Position numbers and translations under genes: made by a program
Assembly (NCBI GenBank): GCA_965219095.1
Contig: OZ244719.1
Span: 459,071-523,070, forward strand
Source of the DNA: Bdellovibrionales bacterium
GTDB lineage: Bacteria > Bdellovibrionota > Bdellovibrionia > Bdellovibrionales > UBA1609
DNA length: 64,000 nucleotides
Direction: 5' to 3'
Notes under the pieces: generated by a model
The model's input: the letters and a program-made list of their open reading frames with translations, nothing else
The model's database searches: none
What the model was told of the DNA's origin: nothing
In this document: positions 9,786-18,712 of the stretch, one piece after another
How positions within the stretch are numbered: position 1 is the stretch's first letter
Layout: every line of letters begins with the position of its first letter

Positions 9786-10988
9786 TCATTTCACTTCCAA
9801 AATTTCTTTGCCTTTAAGTTTAAGAGGTGAAGCTTTGAAGCTTGTTTCTGAAAGTTGGTTTAAACTTTCTAATTCATACATCTGAGCTGTTTTTTCCGCC
9901 ATATCCGAGTTAATGAGAGCTACCACTTTCGCATACCTTTGAGTCATAGCTTGATCCTTATGTCCAAGACTTGCTTGGACAGCTGAGAGGCTCTTTGTGG
10001 CCATCAAAGCCATTGTGGCATAAGTATGACGGCAAATGTGAGTTCCTCTCCAAGGAAGTCCGCAAGCTCTAAAAGACTTATCAAAAGCCCAGCGAATGGT
10101 CGTATAAGGCACAATTCCACCTTCCATTGAATGAAAGACTAAGGGGTTTTTGGAATGTTTCTTTATGGCTTTTAACATCTCTATAAGTTTATCAGGAAGA
10201 GTAAGCACTCTAACCGAGGTCTTTGTCTTTGTTGATTCCCTAATCTGAGGAACATCTAAAGCCCAATCAGCTGTTCGAACCACTCTTGCAAACTTGTTTC
10301 TAAAATCAACTTCTTTCCACATAAGTCCACACGCTTCACTTACTCTCGCTCCTGTTAAAATCATAAACTGGGCTAAGTGGTAGTAAACAGGATTAGAGAT
10401 CTTTTCAAGCTCAGAAAGCCACTTTCTAATCTCTTCAGGTTTAGCAAAGTAATCAGGCCTTTTGATTTTTGAAGGCCTCTGATGTTGATAGCACCTGTTT
10501 CTATGTCCTTGGACAATGGGAAAGGTAAAGCTAGGATCAATGTTGTTCCTCCACCAATGAAGAACTGAGCCTAAACGTCTTAACTCCATTTTAAAAGAGT
10601 GACGTTGATTTTTGCACTTTTGCTTCTTAAAAAGCCATTCAATCCAATGATCTATACTGATGTGATGTAAGTTTGACATTCTAACTTTTGCTAAAGGACT
10701 GTTAAGTAAGAATTTTTGGCATATGTTTTGAATTTTCTTTTGACTGCTAGCTCTTAAAGAAACAACATACTCTTTAAGATATCTTTTTACACAATCTTCA
10801 AAGAAAATCTCCTCTCTTTCTTGTGGAAGAAAGTTAGTTCCATGAAAAAATCGTTGCTTTTGTTTTTCTTCCCATAGAATAGCTTCCGTCTTTGTTGGAA
10901 AAGACTTGGATTTGACACGAACTCCTCTAACATACACTTGAGCATAATAGACAGTTTTATTTTTTCCTTTTCTTTTTGTTATCGACAT
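9786..10988 (-). CDS. Tyrosine recombinase/integrase (module 1)
   Basis: GARVSEACGL (Arg), WRGTHICRHTYAT (HxxR) and TQRYAK (Tyr). Start chosen at MSITKRK behind a GGAG; the ORF track allows 11012. Confidence 0.9.
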   Translation of the reverse strand: MSITKRKGKNKTVYYAQVYVRGVRVKSKSFPTKTEAILWEEKQKQRFFHGTNFLPQEREEIFFEDCVKRYLKEYVVSLRASSQKKIQNICQKFLLNSPLAKVRMSNLHHISIDHWIEWLFKKQKCKNQRHSFKMELRRLGSVLHWWRNNIDPSFTFPIVQGHRNRCYQHQRPSKIKRPDYFAKPEEIRKWLSELEKISNPVYYHLAQFMILTGARVSEACGLMWKEVDFRNKFARVVRTADWALDVPQIRESTKTKTSVRVLTLPDKLIEMLKAIKKHSKNPLVFHSMEGGIVPYTTIRWAFDKSFRACGLPWRGTHICRHTYATMALMATKSLSAVQASLGHKDQAMTQRYAKVVALINSDMAEKTAQMYELESLNQLSETSFKASPLKLKGKEILEVK

Positions 10989-11236
10989 GATTTCTCCTTT
11001 TGTTGAAGCCATTTCTCTAACTTATCATTCGGGAAATAGACGTTTCGGCCTATTTTCAAGAAAGGGATTTTTCTCATAGACATCCAATTACGGATGGTCT
11101 TAGGAGAAATTTCCAAAAACTCCGAAAGCTCTCTAAGGTTTATTAAATTGTCAAAGAACAGGCCCTTTTTTTGAGGGCGAATAGTGTTCTCTAAGCTACT
11201 ATTTTTTTTGATTGGTTTCAATTCTTTTTTATCCAT
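10979..11236 (-). CDS. Excisionase-type HTH DNA-binding protein (module 1)
   Basis: MDKKELKPIKK...LRELSEFLEISPKTIRNWMSMRKIPFLKIGRNVYF is a MerR/excisionase-like HTH. It overlaps the integrase start. Confidence 0.7.
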   Translation of the reverse strand: MDKKELKPIKKNSSLENTIRPQKKGLFFDNLINLRELSEFLEISPKTIRNWMSMRKIPFLKIGRNVYFPNDKLEKWLQQKEKSCR

Positions 11237-11559
11237 TTTTATTTCTCCTTTTAAAATATGGCGAAGAAGCTTAAAAAGCTCCCTCATTTGGTTTCTTCTA
11301 AGAACTCTGACTTTTCCTCACTGAATATGGTGAATTTACGCACTCAAAAAAGTGTTGTAAATTTTACTTTTCTTGCTTTGCATTATGTAACTCCTTTCCT
11401 TTTCGATTTGTTATTTGTTTTTTGACCTTTTTTTTACTCCTTTCTGAGCCATTAAAAAAACTAAAGCTAAACTCAAAAAAACAAAAATTTTTTAACCTGA
11501 TAGAGAAAATTTTTAATTTAAAAGTTCTAAAAATTTTCTCTATTTTTTCCTCCTCCCAC

Positions 11560-11722
11560 ACCCCCCTTTCCTCTTCCCACATCTATACACCCAACTCTGT
11601 GGTACCGTGACCACCCTCTCCCATACTAAAAAAAGTATGAGCGGGAGAGGGTGGTCACGGTGAAAACCGAAGGTTTTAGCAGAGTTGGGTGTATAAAGAC
11701 AAAGGGAAAAGGAAAGGGGGGG
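11560..11722. repeat. Nested long palindrome (module 1 copy)
   Basis: Outer arms TATACACCCAACTCTG / CAGAGTTGGGTGTATA enclose arms CCGTGACCACCCTCTCCC / GGGAGAGGGTGGTCACGG. Inverted copy of 21367-21529. Confidence 0.8.
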
Positions 11723-11787
11723 CATGCAAGACATGTTTTCAGCACTATAAGAAAATTCCAGAATTTTTTTAAAACTACTCATAAAGC

Positions 11788-12057
11788 TCACTCCTTTAAG
11801 TTAAAAATTTGAAACAAATCTTGTGAAGTTTTGATCTTATCAATGAGTACAGCCTGACCTACTTTTAAGTTCTTAAAAACATCAGGTTCGCTCTTCATTT
11901 TTTTGGTCTCCAAAAGATTCCCTAAGCCTGTTTTTATAGCACTCCCTTGAAGAATTTGGCTTTGAGCTTTTAGGCTTACAAGGTCTTGAGATTCTTCTTC
12001 TATATTCATAAGAAGCCTTAAATTCTTTTTTTGTTTTTTGTACTGTTTAAATTTCAT
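11788..12057 (-). pseudogene. Remnant of T4CP (TraD/VirD4-like) gene, internally deleted
   Basis: DLVSLKAQSQIL and KMKSEPDVFKNLKVGQAVLIDKIKTSQDLFQIFNLKE match the middle and C-terminus of the intact 531-aa protein at 37447-39042. No ATPase motifs are left. Confidence 0.6.
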
Positions 12058-12307
12058 GTCTATATGATCTTGATTTGAAGGTGTTTTGCGTTTTTGAGTT
12101 CAAAAAATGTTCATCAGTGATAAGAGAAATGGATTTTTGAACAAAGTCTTTTGGGTTTATTTTCTTAGCATAAGAGCTTTGATGAGCTTTTTTTAAAAGA
12201 TCTTTTAGTTTTAAAAAAGTACGTTTTTCAAGAATAAGACGTGCTACTTTCTTCTTAACTTTTATGCCTTTTCTTTTTGTGTCTTTATTTAATTTATTTC
12301 TTTTCAC
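12047..12307 (-). CDS. Basic hypothetical protein (possibly a gene remnant)
   Basis: ORF only. Confidence 0.2.
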   Translation of the reverse strand: MKRNKLNKDTKRKGIKVKKKVARLILEKRTFLKLKDLLKKAHQSSYAKKINPKDFVQKSISLITDEHFLNSKTQNTFKSRSYRHEI

Positions 12308-13736
12308 AAATAAACCTTTCTTTTTTATTCTTTTAATTTCTAACTTAAGTGATAGTTTTTTATTTTTTTTTTAACCCTTTAGCTTAAGAGTTTTTAAAAA
12401 CCCTGAAATAGGGGTCAGGCAGGTTTTTTAAATTTGCAAAAGATAGCTAAAAAATAAATAATTTCAATAAGTTATAACGCTTAAAAATATTTTTTCACTG
12501 TGGAGTTCTCATCATCAATTCATCACTTGTTTTTACTCCCTTTTTTGTTTTTTAAAAGAGTCTTTTTCCTTTTTTTAAAAACTACAATCTCTCTTCTCTA
12601 AAATGGGCTAAGCTCATTAAATTTTTATCCATGAAATCCTCAAACAGGCTATAAAAATCTTAGAAGGGCTATTAAAAAAAAAGACTTTTTTCTTCATCCA
12701 TTAAGCTATTTCTTCTTCTTTTTTTAAAAAAAATGTATAAAACAGCTAAATTTCAGGTTTTGAAAGTAGCTTTTTAAAGCTCTTTGAAGACGATTTTTTG
12801 ACCTGTAGCTACATAGGATTTGAACCCTGTAAAAACTCTTTTTTATCTTTTAGAGATATAACATTTTCTGTCTATGGCCTCCTTTTCTTTTATGAAGCGG
12901 TTTTTTTAACTTCAAGGGTTTTGGCATGGATATTCTTTTTTTATTTCTTCGAACAAATAGAGCTGATCTTGACCGGACATGGAAAATTTCCCCCTCACTA
13001 TAGGGGAGGTGCTAACCCCCATGGGGGTTAAATTCCTTCTAAGTGATTGAATTTCTTGGTTTTTTTGTTTTTTAGCTTCTGAACTGGAAATGTTTAATTT
13101 TTTAGAAATCTTTCGTTCTGTCAAGCCTTCATAGAGACCATTTGAATCACACTTTTTTTTTACTTGAAAGTAACTGAGAGTAGATTTTTTTAAGAAGCTG
13201 ACTTAAAAAACTCATCTTTTAAAGCTGCTTTTGGATTTTCTTTTTGGCACTTCTTAAACCTCACATCGATACAATCCTGATTAGAAAGTGTTTCATCTCT
13301 TAAGCTCAAATAGGTGATCCTTTGGTATAGGAGAAAGGGCTTTTTTGAAAATATCTTTGGCTTTGATTTTTCTACTATAAGGGATTTTATGGGATTTTAC
13401 TAAAAGCTCTTTTAATTTAAAAAAGCTCCATTTAACTTCTCAAATTAGAGCCCCCTCTTTACGATCGGTCAGAAAGCTTATGGAGGCTTTAGTACAAGGT
13501 AAGCTAGAGGGTGAGAGTCAATTGATTTAATGTGCCTAACTTTTAGCCTAAGAAAGAAAATAAAAGTAGCTAAGAAGATAGGAAGTAACAACTTAAAATA
13601 TGGAAGAAGATAGAGTTTTTACTTAGCGATCGGAAAAAGACAGTAGAAGTTAGAAGCAAAAAACTTTCCAACAATTTGTTAACTTAAGCCTTTTGGAGAT
13701 ATCTTCCGTAACCTTATGCTATAAAAGAATGTCGAA

Positions 13737-14426
13737 TTATTTTTTGGAATTGGTATTACTAAAGTTTTTTGGTTTAAAGTGTTTGGCATTAATAATACTT
13801 GCACTACTTCCTAAAGCTTGAATCACAAAAAGACCTTCTTTCTCAGCCTTTCTAGCTGAACCTTGATTGGCCTTAAGATAAGCTACAGCACCATAAATTA
13901 TTTTATCTTTATACAAAGGAAGCATTTGTTTAAAGTTTTTTAATTTGTTTATAAAATGAGTCAAATCTTTTAGCCATAAGGTGGTCTTGACTTCTGTCAC
14001 AACCACTTCACTGCCATTAACTACAATAATGTCAAATTCAAAAGGCTCATCATTCCATACCCCGGAAGACTCTTGAGAAATACTCTGCACTTCAATGTTT
14101 CTTTCTTGAAGAAGTTTAACTAAATCACCTTTTACCAGAGCCTCCATAAGCTTTCCCCATTGACCTATGAAAAGTTCGTCTAACTTTGCCATACGTTTAT
14201 CAGACTTTTTAAACTGACGATCGGTCTCAAGTTTTGACTCTTTTAACAAACGCTCTGTTTCTTTGTGGGCTTTTGCGGTCTCTTGTTGAGCTTTAGAGGT
14301 TTCTTTGAGTTGGCGGTCAGTCTCTTTTTGAGCTTTTGCCAGCTCTTTAATTCCCTTAAAAGCTCCTTTAATAGATTCCTGAAGAGCTTTGGGAATCTGG
14401 TTGTTTTTTGTTACTTTTATAGCCAT
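13737..14426 (-). CDS. Coiled-coil protein with C-terminal PD-(D/E)XK (DUF3782-like) nuclease fold, paralogue 1
   Basis: KAQ(K/Q)ETDRQLKE repeats followed by GQWGKLMEALV...FEFDIIVVNGSEVVVTEVKTTL (D...E-x-K). Start taken at MAIKVTK. Confidence 0.6.
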   Translation of the reverse strand: MAIKVTKNNQIPKALQESIKGAFKGIKELAKAQKETDRQLKETSKAQQETAKAHKETERLLKESKLETDRQFKKSDKRMAKLDELFIGQWGKLMEALVKGDLVKLLQERNIEVQSISQESSGVWNDEPFEFDIIVVNGSEVVVTEVKTTLWLKDLTHFINKLKNFKQMLPLYKDKIIYGAVAYLKANQGSARKAEKEGLFVIQALGSSASIINAKHFKPKNFSNTNSKK

Positions 14427-14785
14427 ATTATTTATAGTAGTATAAAAAAACTTTCTTTTCAAGTGGTTTTAAAAAAAAAATTCTTTTAAATAGCCTCACT
14501 GCGACATCTCTCTCTAACCTACTGTAAAAACAAGAAAATAAGAAAGTGCCAGATAAAAAAGTGCCAGAAAGATGCCGCTAGAGATAATACAACAATTAAA
14601 TCCGCTTTCAAAAGTAATACAAAAGCTAAGCTCTTATAAAACTACAAGTAACTTATCACACACTTAGTTTTTTTAGAGTGAGTTCAGAGTAAAAAATTAA
14701 GGAACCTTAGAGAACTTTCAGGAAATTTTAAGATAGATAGTGACGGCTAAGTTGTTAATTTTATTATTTCCTTTTAAATTTTTTA

Positions 14786-15271
14786 ATGATTCTAAGAACT
14801 TACAAAAGTTCACAGACCATTTTTATAGGAATTCTTGCAGCATTTGCCATTCCTGCATTCGATGGGTTTAGAAAAAAAGCACGAAGCAGTGAAGCTAAAA
14901 CCAATTTAGGGGCTCTTTTTACTGCACAGAAAGCTTTTTTCTATGAACACTCAACTTATTGTGCTCATCTAGCTGATGTAGGTTTTTCTGTAACCGGAGC
15001 AGACACATATTACACCATTGGTTTTGGTGCGAACTCTGGTGGTAGTAATAGTGGTTGTACCGCAGGTACTGCACCTGACTGGAAATCAGATGGCAGTAAA
15101 GCAACTGCACAAGCTCCTGAAGCAGCTTGTGATGCTGACACAACAGATTTTACTGCTGGTGCAGTCGGTCCAAAGGATGGTACTGACCTTATAGACGTAG
15201 ATAGTAACTATCGTATGGACCAAACAAAGAAGCTTAACTCCAATAGTATTTTCGACAAAGCTGGTTGTTAA
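14786..15271 (+). CDS. Pilin cassette B: PilA-type pilin lacking the leader and processing site
   Basis: MILRTYKSSQTIF|IGILAAFAIPAFDGFRKKARSSEAKTNLGALFTAQKAFFYE... The fortuitous ATG lies upstream of the core (core starts 14825). No G|FTLIE. Confidence 0.7.
   Translation: MILRTYKSSQTIFIGILAAFAIPAFDGFRKKARSSEAKTNLGALFTAQKAFFYEHSTYCAHLADVGFSVTGADTYYTIGFGANSGGSNSGCTAGTAPDWKSDGSKATAQAPEAACDADTTDFTAGAVGPKDGTDLIDVDSNYRMDQTKKLNSNSIFDKAGC
14825..14920 (+). repeat. Conserved pilin 5' core, copy B
   Basis: Same core sequence, with one G->T change (GCAGCATTTGCC). Confidence 0.85.
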
Positions 15272-15309
15272 TAACAAAGCCTAATTCTTAGAAACACTTC
15301 TTAAGTTTT

Positions 15310-15336
15310 TCAAACCCCTCTCTTAAAGAGGGGTTT
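15310..15336. terminator. Bidirectional hairpin terminator between convergent cassettes B and C
   Basis: CAAACCCCTCT cttaa AGAGGGGTTTG, with A/T runs on both sides. Confidence 0.7.
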
Positions 15337-15358
15337 GAAATGAAGTTTAGATATTTTT

Positions 15359-15847
15359 TTATTGACTCGCAATTTTTTTGTTTTGATCAATTTGCCAGTT
15401 GGAATTTGTTGAAGCCGTTTCTCCTTCAGCACAAGCTATGAACTTCTCAGGAGTTGTTGGAGTTGCTTCTTCTGTTAAGCAAGCAGCATCCAGATCCGAT
15501 GCTGATTTTTTATTAGCAGTAGTAGCAGTAGAATCATAAGCTAGTGTTCCTGAGGAGGGACAAGCAGCAGAAGCAGCACTAGTTGTACCTGCAGCCTTAA
15601 ATCCAACAGCGTAGTGGCGTGTTCCATCAGGTTCATCAAAACCTACTGCTTTAAGATTAGAACAGAAGCCGTTTTGTTCATAGAAAAAAGCTTTCTGTGC
15701 AGTAAAAAGAGCCCCTAAGTTAGTTTTAGCTTCACCGCTTCGTGCTTTTTTTCTAAACCCATCGAATGCAGGAATGGCAACTGCTGCAAGAATTCCTATA
15801 AATTGATTTGTAAACTTTTGTAAGTTTGCAGAATCACTAAAAAACAA
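15359..15847 (-). CDS. Pilin cassette C: PilA-type pilin lacking the leader and processing site
   Basis: MFFSDSANLQKFTNQF|IGILAAVAIPAFDGFRKKARSGEAKTNLGALFTAQKAFFYE... The core starts at 15799 on the minus strand. Confidence 0.7.
   Translation of the reverse strand: MFFSDSANLQKFTNQFIGILAAVAIPAFDGFRKKARSGEAKTNLGALFTAQKAFFYEQNGFCSNLKAVGFDEPDGTRHYAVGFKAAGTTSAASAACPSSGTLAYDSTATTANKKSASDLDAACLTEEATPTTPEKFIACAEGETASTNSNWQIDQNKKIASQ
15704..15799 (-). repeat. Conserved pilin 5' core, copy C
   Basis: Reverse complement of the core sequence. Confidence 0.85.
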
Positions 15848-16178
15848 AAAGAAAATAATAAATTAACCTACCCATCTATTCCCGAATGTTAAGACTTTTC
15901 CCCTACATTGAACCTAGTTGATCACGACAAAACTCCGTACAAGAACGCATATGAGAATCACGATAGTTTTGATTAAAAACAAACTTTAATTTCTTTTGTA
16001 CTTACTTTTGAAAGCCAGGATTTAATTGTTGTATTATCTCTAGCGACATCTTTCTGGTACTTTCTTATTTTCCTGTTATATTACAGTAGGTTAGAGAGAG
16101 ATGTTGCAGTGAGGCTATTTGAAAGAAATTCTCTTAAAATCACTTGAAAAGAAAGTTTTTTTATATTATTATAACCGC

Positions 16179-16994
16179 ATGTCTTTAAAAAAAACCAATC
16201 ATTCAATTCCTAAAGCTGTATGGGCTTCGATTCAAGCTGTTGCTAAAGAAACTCAAGAACTGGCAAAGTCTCAAAAAGAGAATGCCAAAGCTCAAAAAGA
16301 GACTGACCGCCAACTCAAAGAATCTCAAAAAGAAATCGCTAAAGCTCAAAAAGAGAATGCCAAAGCTCAAAAAGAGACTGATCGCCAACTCAAAGAAACC
16401 TCTAAAGCTCAAAAAGAGACTGATCGCCAACTCAAAGAATCTCAAAAAGAAACCGCAAAAGCCCACAAAGAAACAGAGCGTTTGTTAAAAGACTCAAAAC
16501 TTGAGACCGATCGTCAGTTTATAAAGTCTGATAAACGTATAGCAAAGTTAGACGAACTTTTCACAGGTCAATGGGGAAAGCTTATGGAGGCTCTGGTAAA
16601 AGGTGATTTAGTTAAACTTCTTCAAGAAAGAAACATTGAAGTGCAGAGTATTTCTCGAGAGTCTTCCGGGATATGGAATGATGAGCCTTTTGAATTCGAC
16701 ATTATTGTAGTTAATGGCAGTGAAGTGGTTGTGACAGAAGTCAAGACTACCTTATGGCTAAAAGATTTAACTCATTTTATAAACAAATTAAAAAACTTTA
16801 AACAAATGCTTCCTTTGTATAAAGATAAAATAATTTATGGTGCTGTAGCTTATCTTAAGTTCAATCAAGGTTCAGCTAGAAAGGCTGAGAAAGAAGGTCT
16901 TTTTGTGATTCGAGCTTTAGGAAGTAGTGCAAGCATTATTAATGCCAAACACTTTAAACCAAAAGTTTTTAGTAATACCAATTCCAAAAAATAA
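16179..16994 (+). CDS. Coiled-coil protein with C-terminal PD-(D/E)XK (DUF3782-like) nuclease fold, paralogue 2
   Basis: Start taken at MSLKKTNHSIPKAVW. It has more KAQKETDRQLKES repeats than paralogue 1, and the C-terminal domain is nearly identical. Confidence 0.6.
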   Translation: MSLKKTNHSIPKAVWASIQAVAKETQELAKSQKENAKAQKETDRQLKESQKEIAKAQKENAKAQKETDRQLKETSKAQKETDRQLKESQKETAKAHKETERLLKDSKLETDRQFIKSDKRIAKLDELFTGQWGKLMEALVKGDLVKLLQERNIEVQSISRESSGIWNDEPFEFDIIVVNGSEVVVTEVKTTLWLKDLTHFINKLKNFKQMLPLYKDKIIYGAVAYLKFNQGSARKAEKEGLFVIRALGSSASIINAKHFKPKVFSNTNSKK

Positions 16995-17926
16995 TTCGAC
17001 ATTCTTTTGTAGCATAAGGTTCCAGAAGAGATCTCCAAAAGGCTTAAGTTCTCAAAATACATAGGACTTAAGTTAACAGTAAGTCGGTTTCTTAACTGAG
17101 TTACAATTTAGGGGTCAACATGGGGACACTGCCCCCATGTATAGGGGCAAAAGAAAATTTTTATGCTCCTTTCTCCAGTTATAACCCAAGTTTAGAATCA
17201 AAATGGAGGAAGAAAATCAACGTCACTCTGATAAACTTCCAAAGGGTTTTTATGGTTTGTTTGAAGATTTAAAACCAAGCTCTCATATCACTTTGACCGA
17301 TCGTAAAGAGGGGGGCTCCAATTTGAGAAGTTAAATGGAGCTTTTTTAAAAGATGTGAGCTCTGTCCACAATAAAGGAAAAAGTGTGTCTAGAATTGGAC
17401 AAAACAAAAGAGATGCCAAAGCTTAAAATCACTTAAGATCATTTCATTTTTTTTATTCAGAAAAAATGTTAAGAAAGTGTCTGACCCCTTAAAAGCTTAT
17501 TTTTCACTCTATCTTAAGATTTTCTTATTGGGGAGTATTTTCTGCTTTTCATTACTTATAAAAAACAAAGTCTATAGTTTCTTTCATTCTAAGAAAGCAG
17601 ATGAAACATCAAAGGAAGTTTGATGACAAAAGAAAATTTGTCTCAAAAAGACGAGAAGAAAAGGTGCAAAATGAAAAAACAAGAATTCCATTTGAGGGTT
17701 CCTAGAAAGACCTTTTTTTTATCCCAACTGCAATTCACTAGTGCAACCTTTTCTTTCATCATAACCTCATAAAATCCCTTATGGTAGAAAAATCAAAGCC
17801 AAAGATATTTTTGAAAAAGCCCTTTGTCTTATAACAGAGGATCATTTGTTTGAACTAAGAGATTCAAGTATAGATATAAAGGATTGATTAGCTCTTTTTG
17901 AAATAACAACTTTTATTACAGTCTTA

Positions 17927-18241
17927 TCATTCATCTTTGTAGTCCTCTGTTTTCTCTTTTTTTTTGAACTTTTTATAATAGTCTTTTGCAGTTAAACTAC
18001 TAAGCGACTGGAAAAACAGCCTATCTTCAAAGCTAGGCTTGAGATGCTTTAATAGCTGAACTACGTCTTTTCCTCCTAGCTTAAGGCCTAGGATTCCTTT
18101 TTCACATTTTTTTAAATCAGAAAGAGGAACGTTCAGAATAACAGCAATTTCTTCCTGTGATCTCCCTGACCTAATACGCATCTCTCGAATTTTACGCCCT
18201 AAGCAGTAGGTTATCATTGTCTTTAAAAGTTCTTTTTTCAT
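17927..18241 (-). CDS. XRE-family HTH regulator
   Basis: LGRKIREMRIRSGRSQEEIAVILNVPLSDLKKCEKG. Confidence 0.6.
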   Translation of the reverse strand: MKKELLKTMITYCLGRKIREMRIRSGRSQEEIAVILNVPLSDLKKCEKGILGLKLGGKDVVQLLKHLKPSFEDRLFFQSLSSLTAKDYYKKFKKKEKTEDYKDE

Positions 18242-18372
18242 AAGATGTACTGTCTTTGAGTCTTTTAGGGTTTTCTTTCAAATACATACGACCGTATGGT
18301 AACTAAAAGAAAATAGAAAGTCTAGAGTAATTACATATGTATATAACGATTTAATGCAGGGAGATGTAAACT

Positions 18373-18630
18373 TTGGCTTATAACCCTAAAGGCATTCAAA
18401 ACACTGTCAAGCGATCTGAATGGCAGAGCATTCAAAAAATTGGCTCTAATATAAAAAAGCTTAGAGAAAAAAGAAACTGGACTTTAGAATCAGTAGAAGA
18501 TCGTGGCTATCGTTCATGGAAGCACTGGCAAGCTATTGAGGCTGGGAAAAGAAACGTCAATGTGACAACCATTCTTAGAATCGCAAAAGTTTTGAAAGTA
18601 AAGCCTGAACAACTTTTTTCAAAACTTTAA
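18373..18630 (+). CDS. XRE-family HTH regulator (divergent partner)
   Basis: GSNIKKLREKRNWTLESVEDRG...NVNVTTILRIAKVLKVKPEQLF. Confidence 0.6.
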   Translation: MAYNPKGIQNTVKRSEWQSIQKIGSNIKKLREKRNWTLESVEDRGYRSWKHWQAIEAGKRNVNVTTILRIAKVLKVKPEQLFSKL

Positions 18631-18712
18631 TTCTTTAATAAGAAGACAGTTTTCAAATTCATAATATAAAGTAAAGACATTGATCTGTTTTCTTTAATTT
18701 CTCTAAAAAACC

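Noticed and set aside
11364-11610. Two overlapping ORFs (72 aa minus, 62 aa plus) between xis1 and the palindrome; equivalents at 21665-21904 and 45384-45623
   Set aside because: They are low-complexity and AT-rich, lie on both strands of the same DNA, and overlap the xis promoter region. No motifs are present.
12912-13124. 70-aa ORF resembling sigma-70 region 4 (…ERKISKKLNISSS…QSLRRNL), with similar remnants at about 43120-43230 and 17100
   Set aside because: Only the last HTH-like ~35 residues are recognisable. Frames are broken and no regions 2/3 are present. These are probably decayed backbone genes of the modules, not functional sigma factors.
14919-15277. Antisense ORFs within pilin cassettes (14919-15143, 15086-15277, 47350-47619)
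   Set aside because: They are shadow ORFs with no motifs, and they overlap frames with clear pilin similarity.
14786-15847. Cassettes B and C (and E at 41315-41752) as functional pilin genes because they start with ATG
   Set aside because: The ATG-proximal residues (MILRTYKSSQTIF, MFFSDSANLQKFTNQF) lie outside the conserved core. They contain no G|F-T-L-I-E prepilin peptidase site or Glu5 and lack half of the hydrophobic helix. They are kept as ORFs but interpreted as silent or displaced cassettes.
16203-16488. Alternative-frame and antisense ORFs in the repeat region of the coiled-coil genes (16203-16466, 16240-16488, 14265-14489, 42176-42424, 42198-42395)
   Set aside because: These are low-complexity artefacts of the AAAGA-rich tandem repeats. 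The frame with the nuclease-fold C-terminus is the only one extending beyond the repeats.
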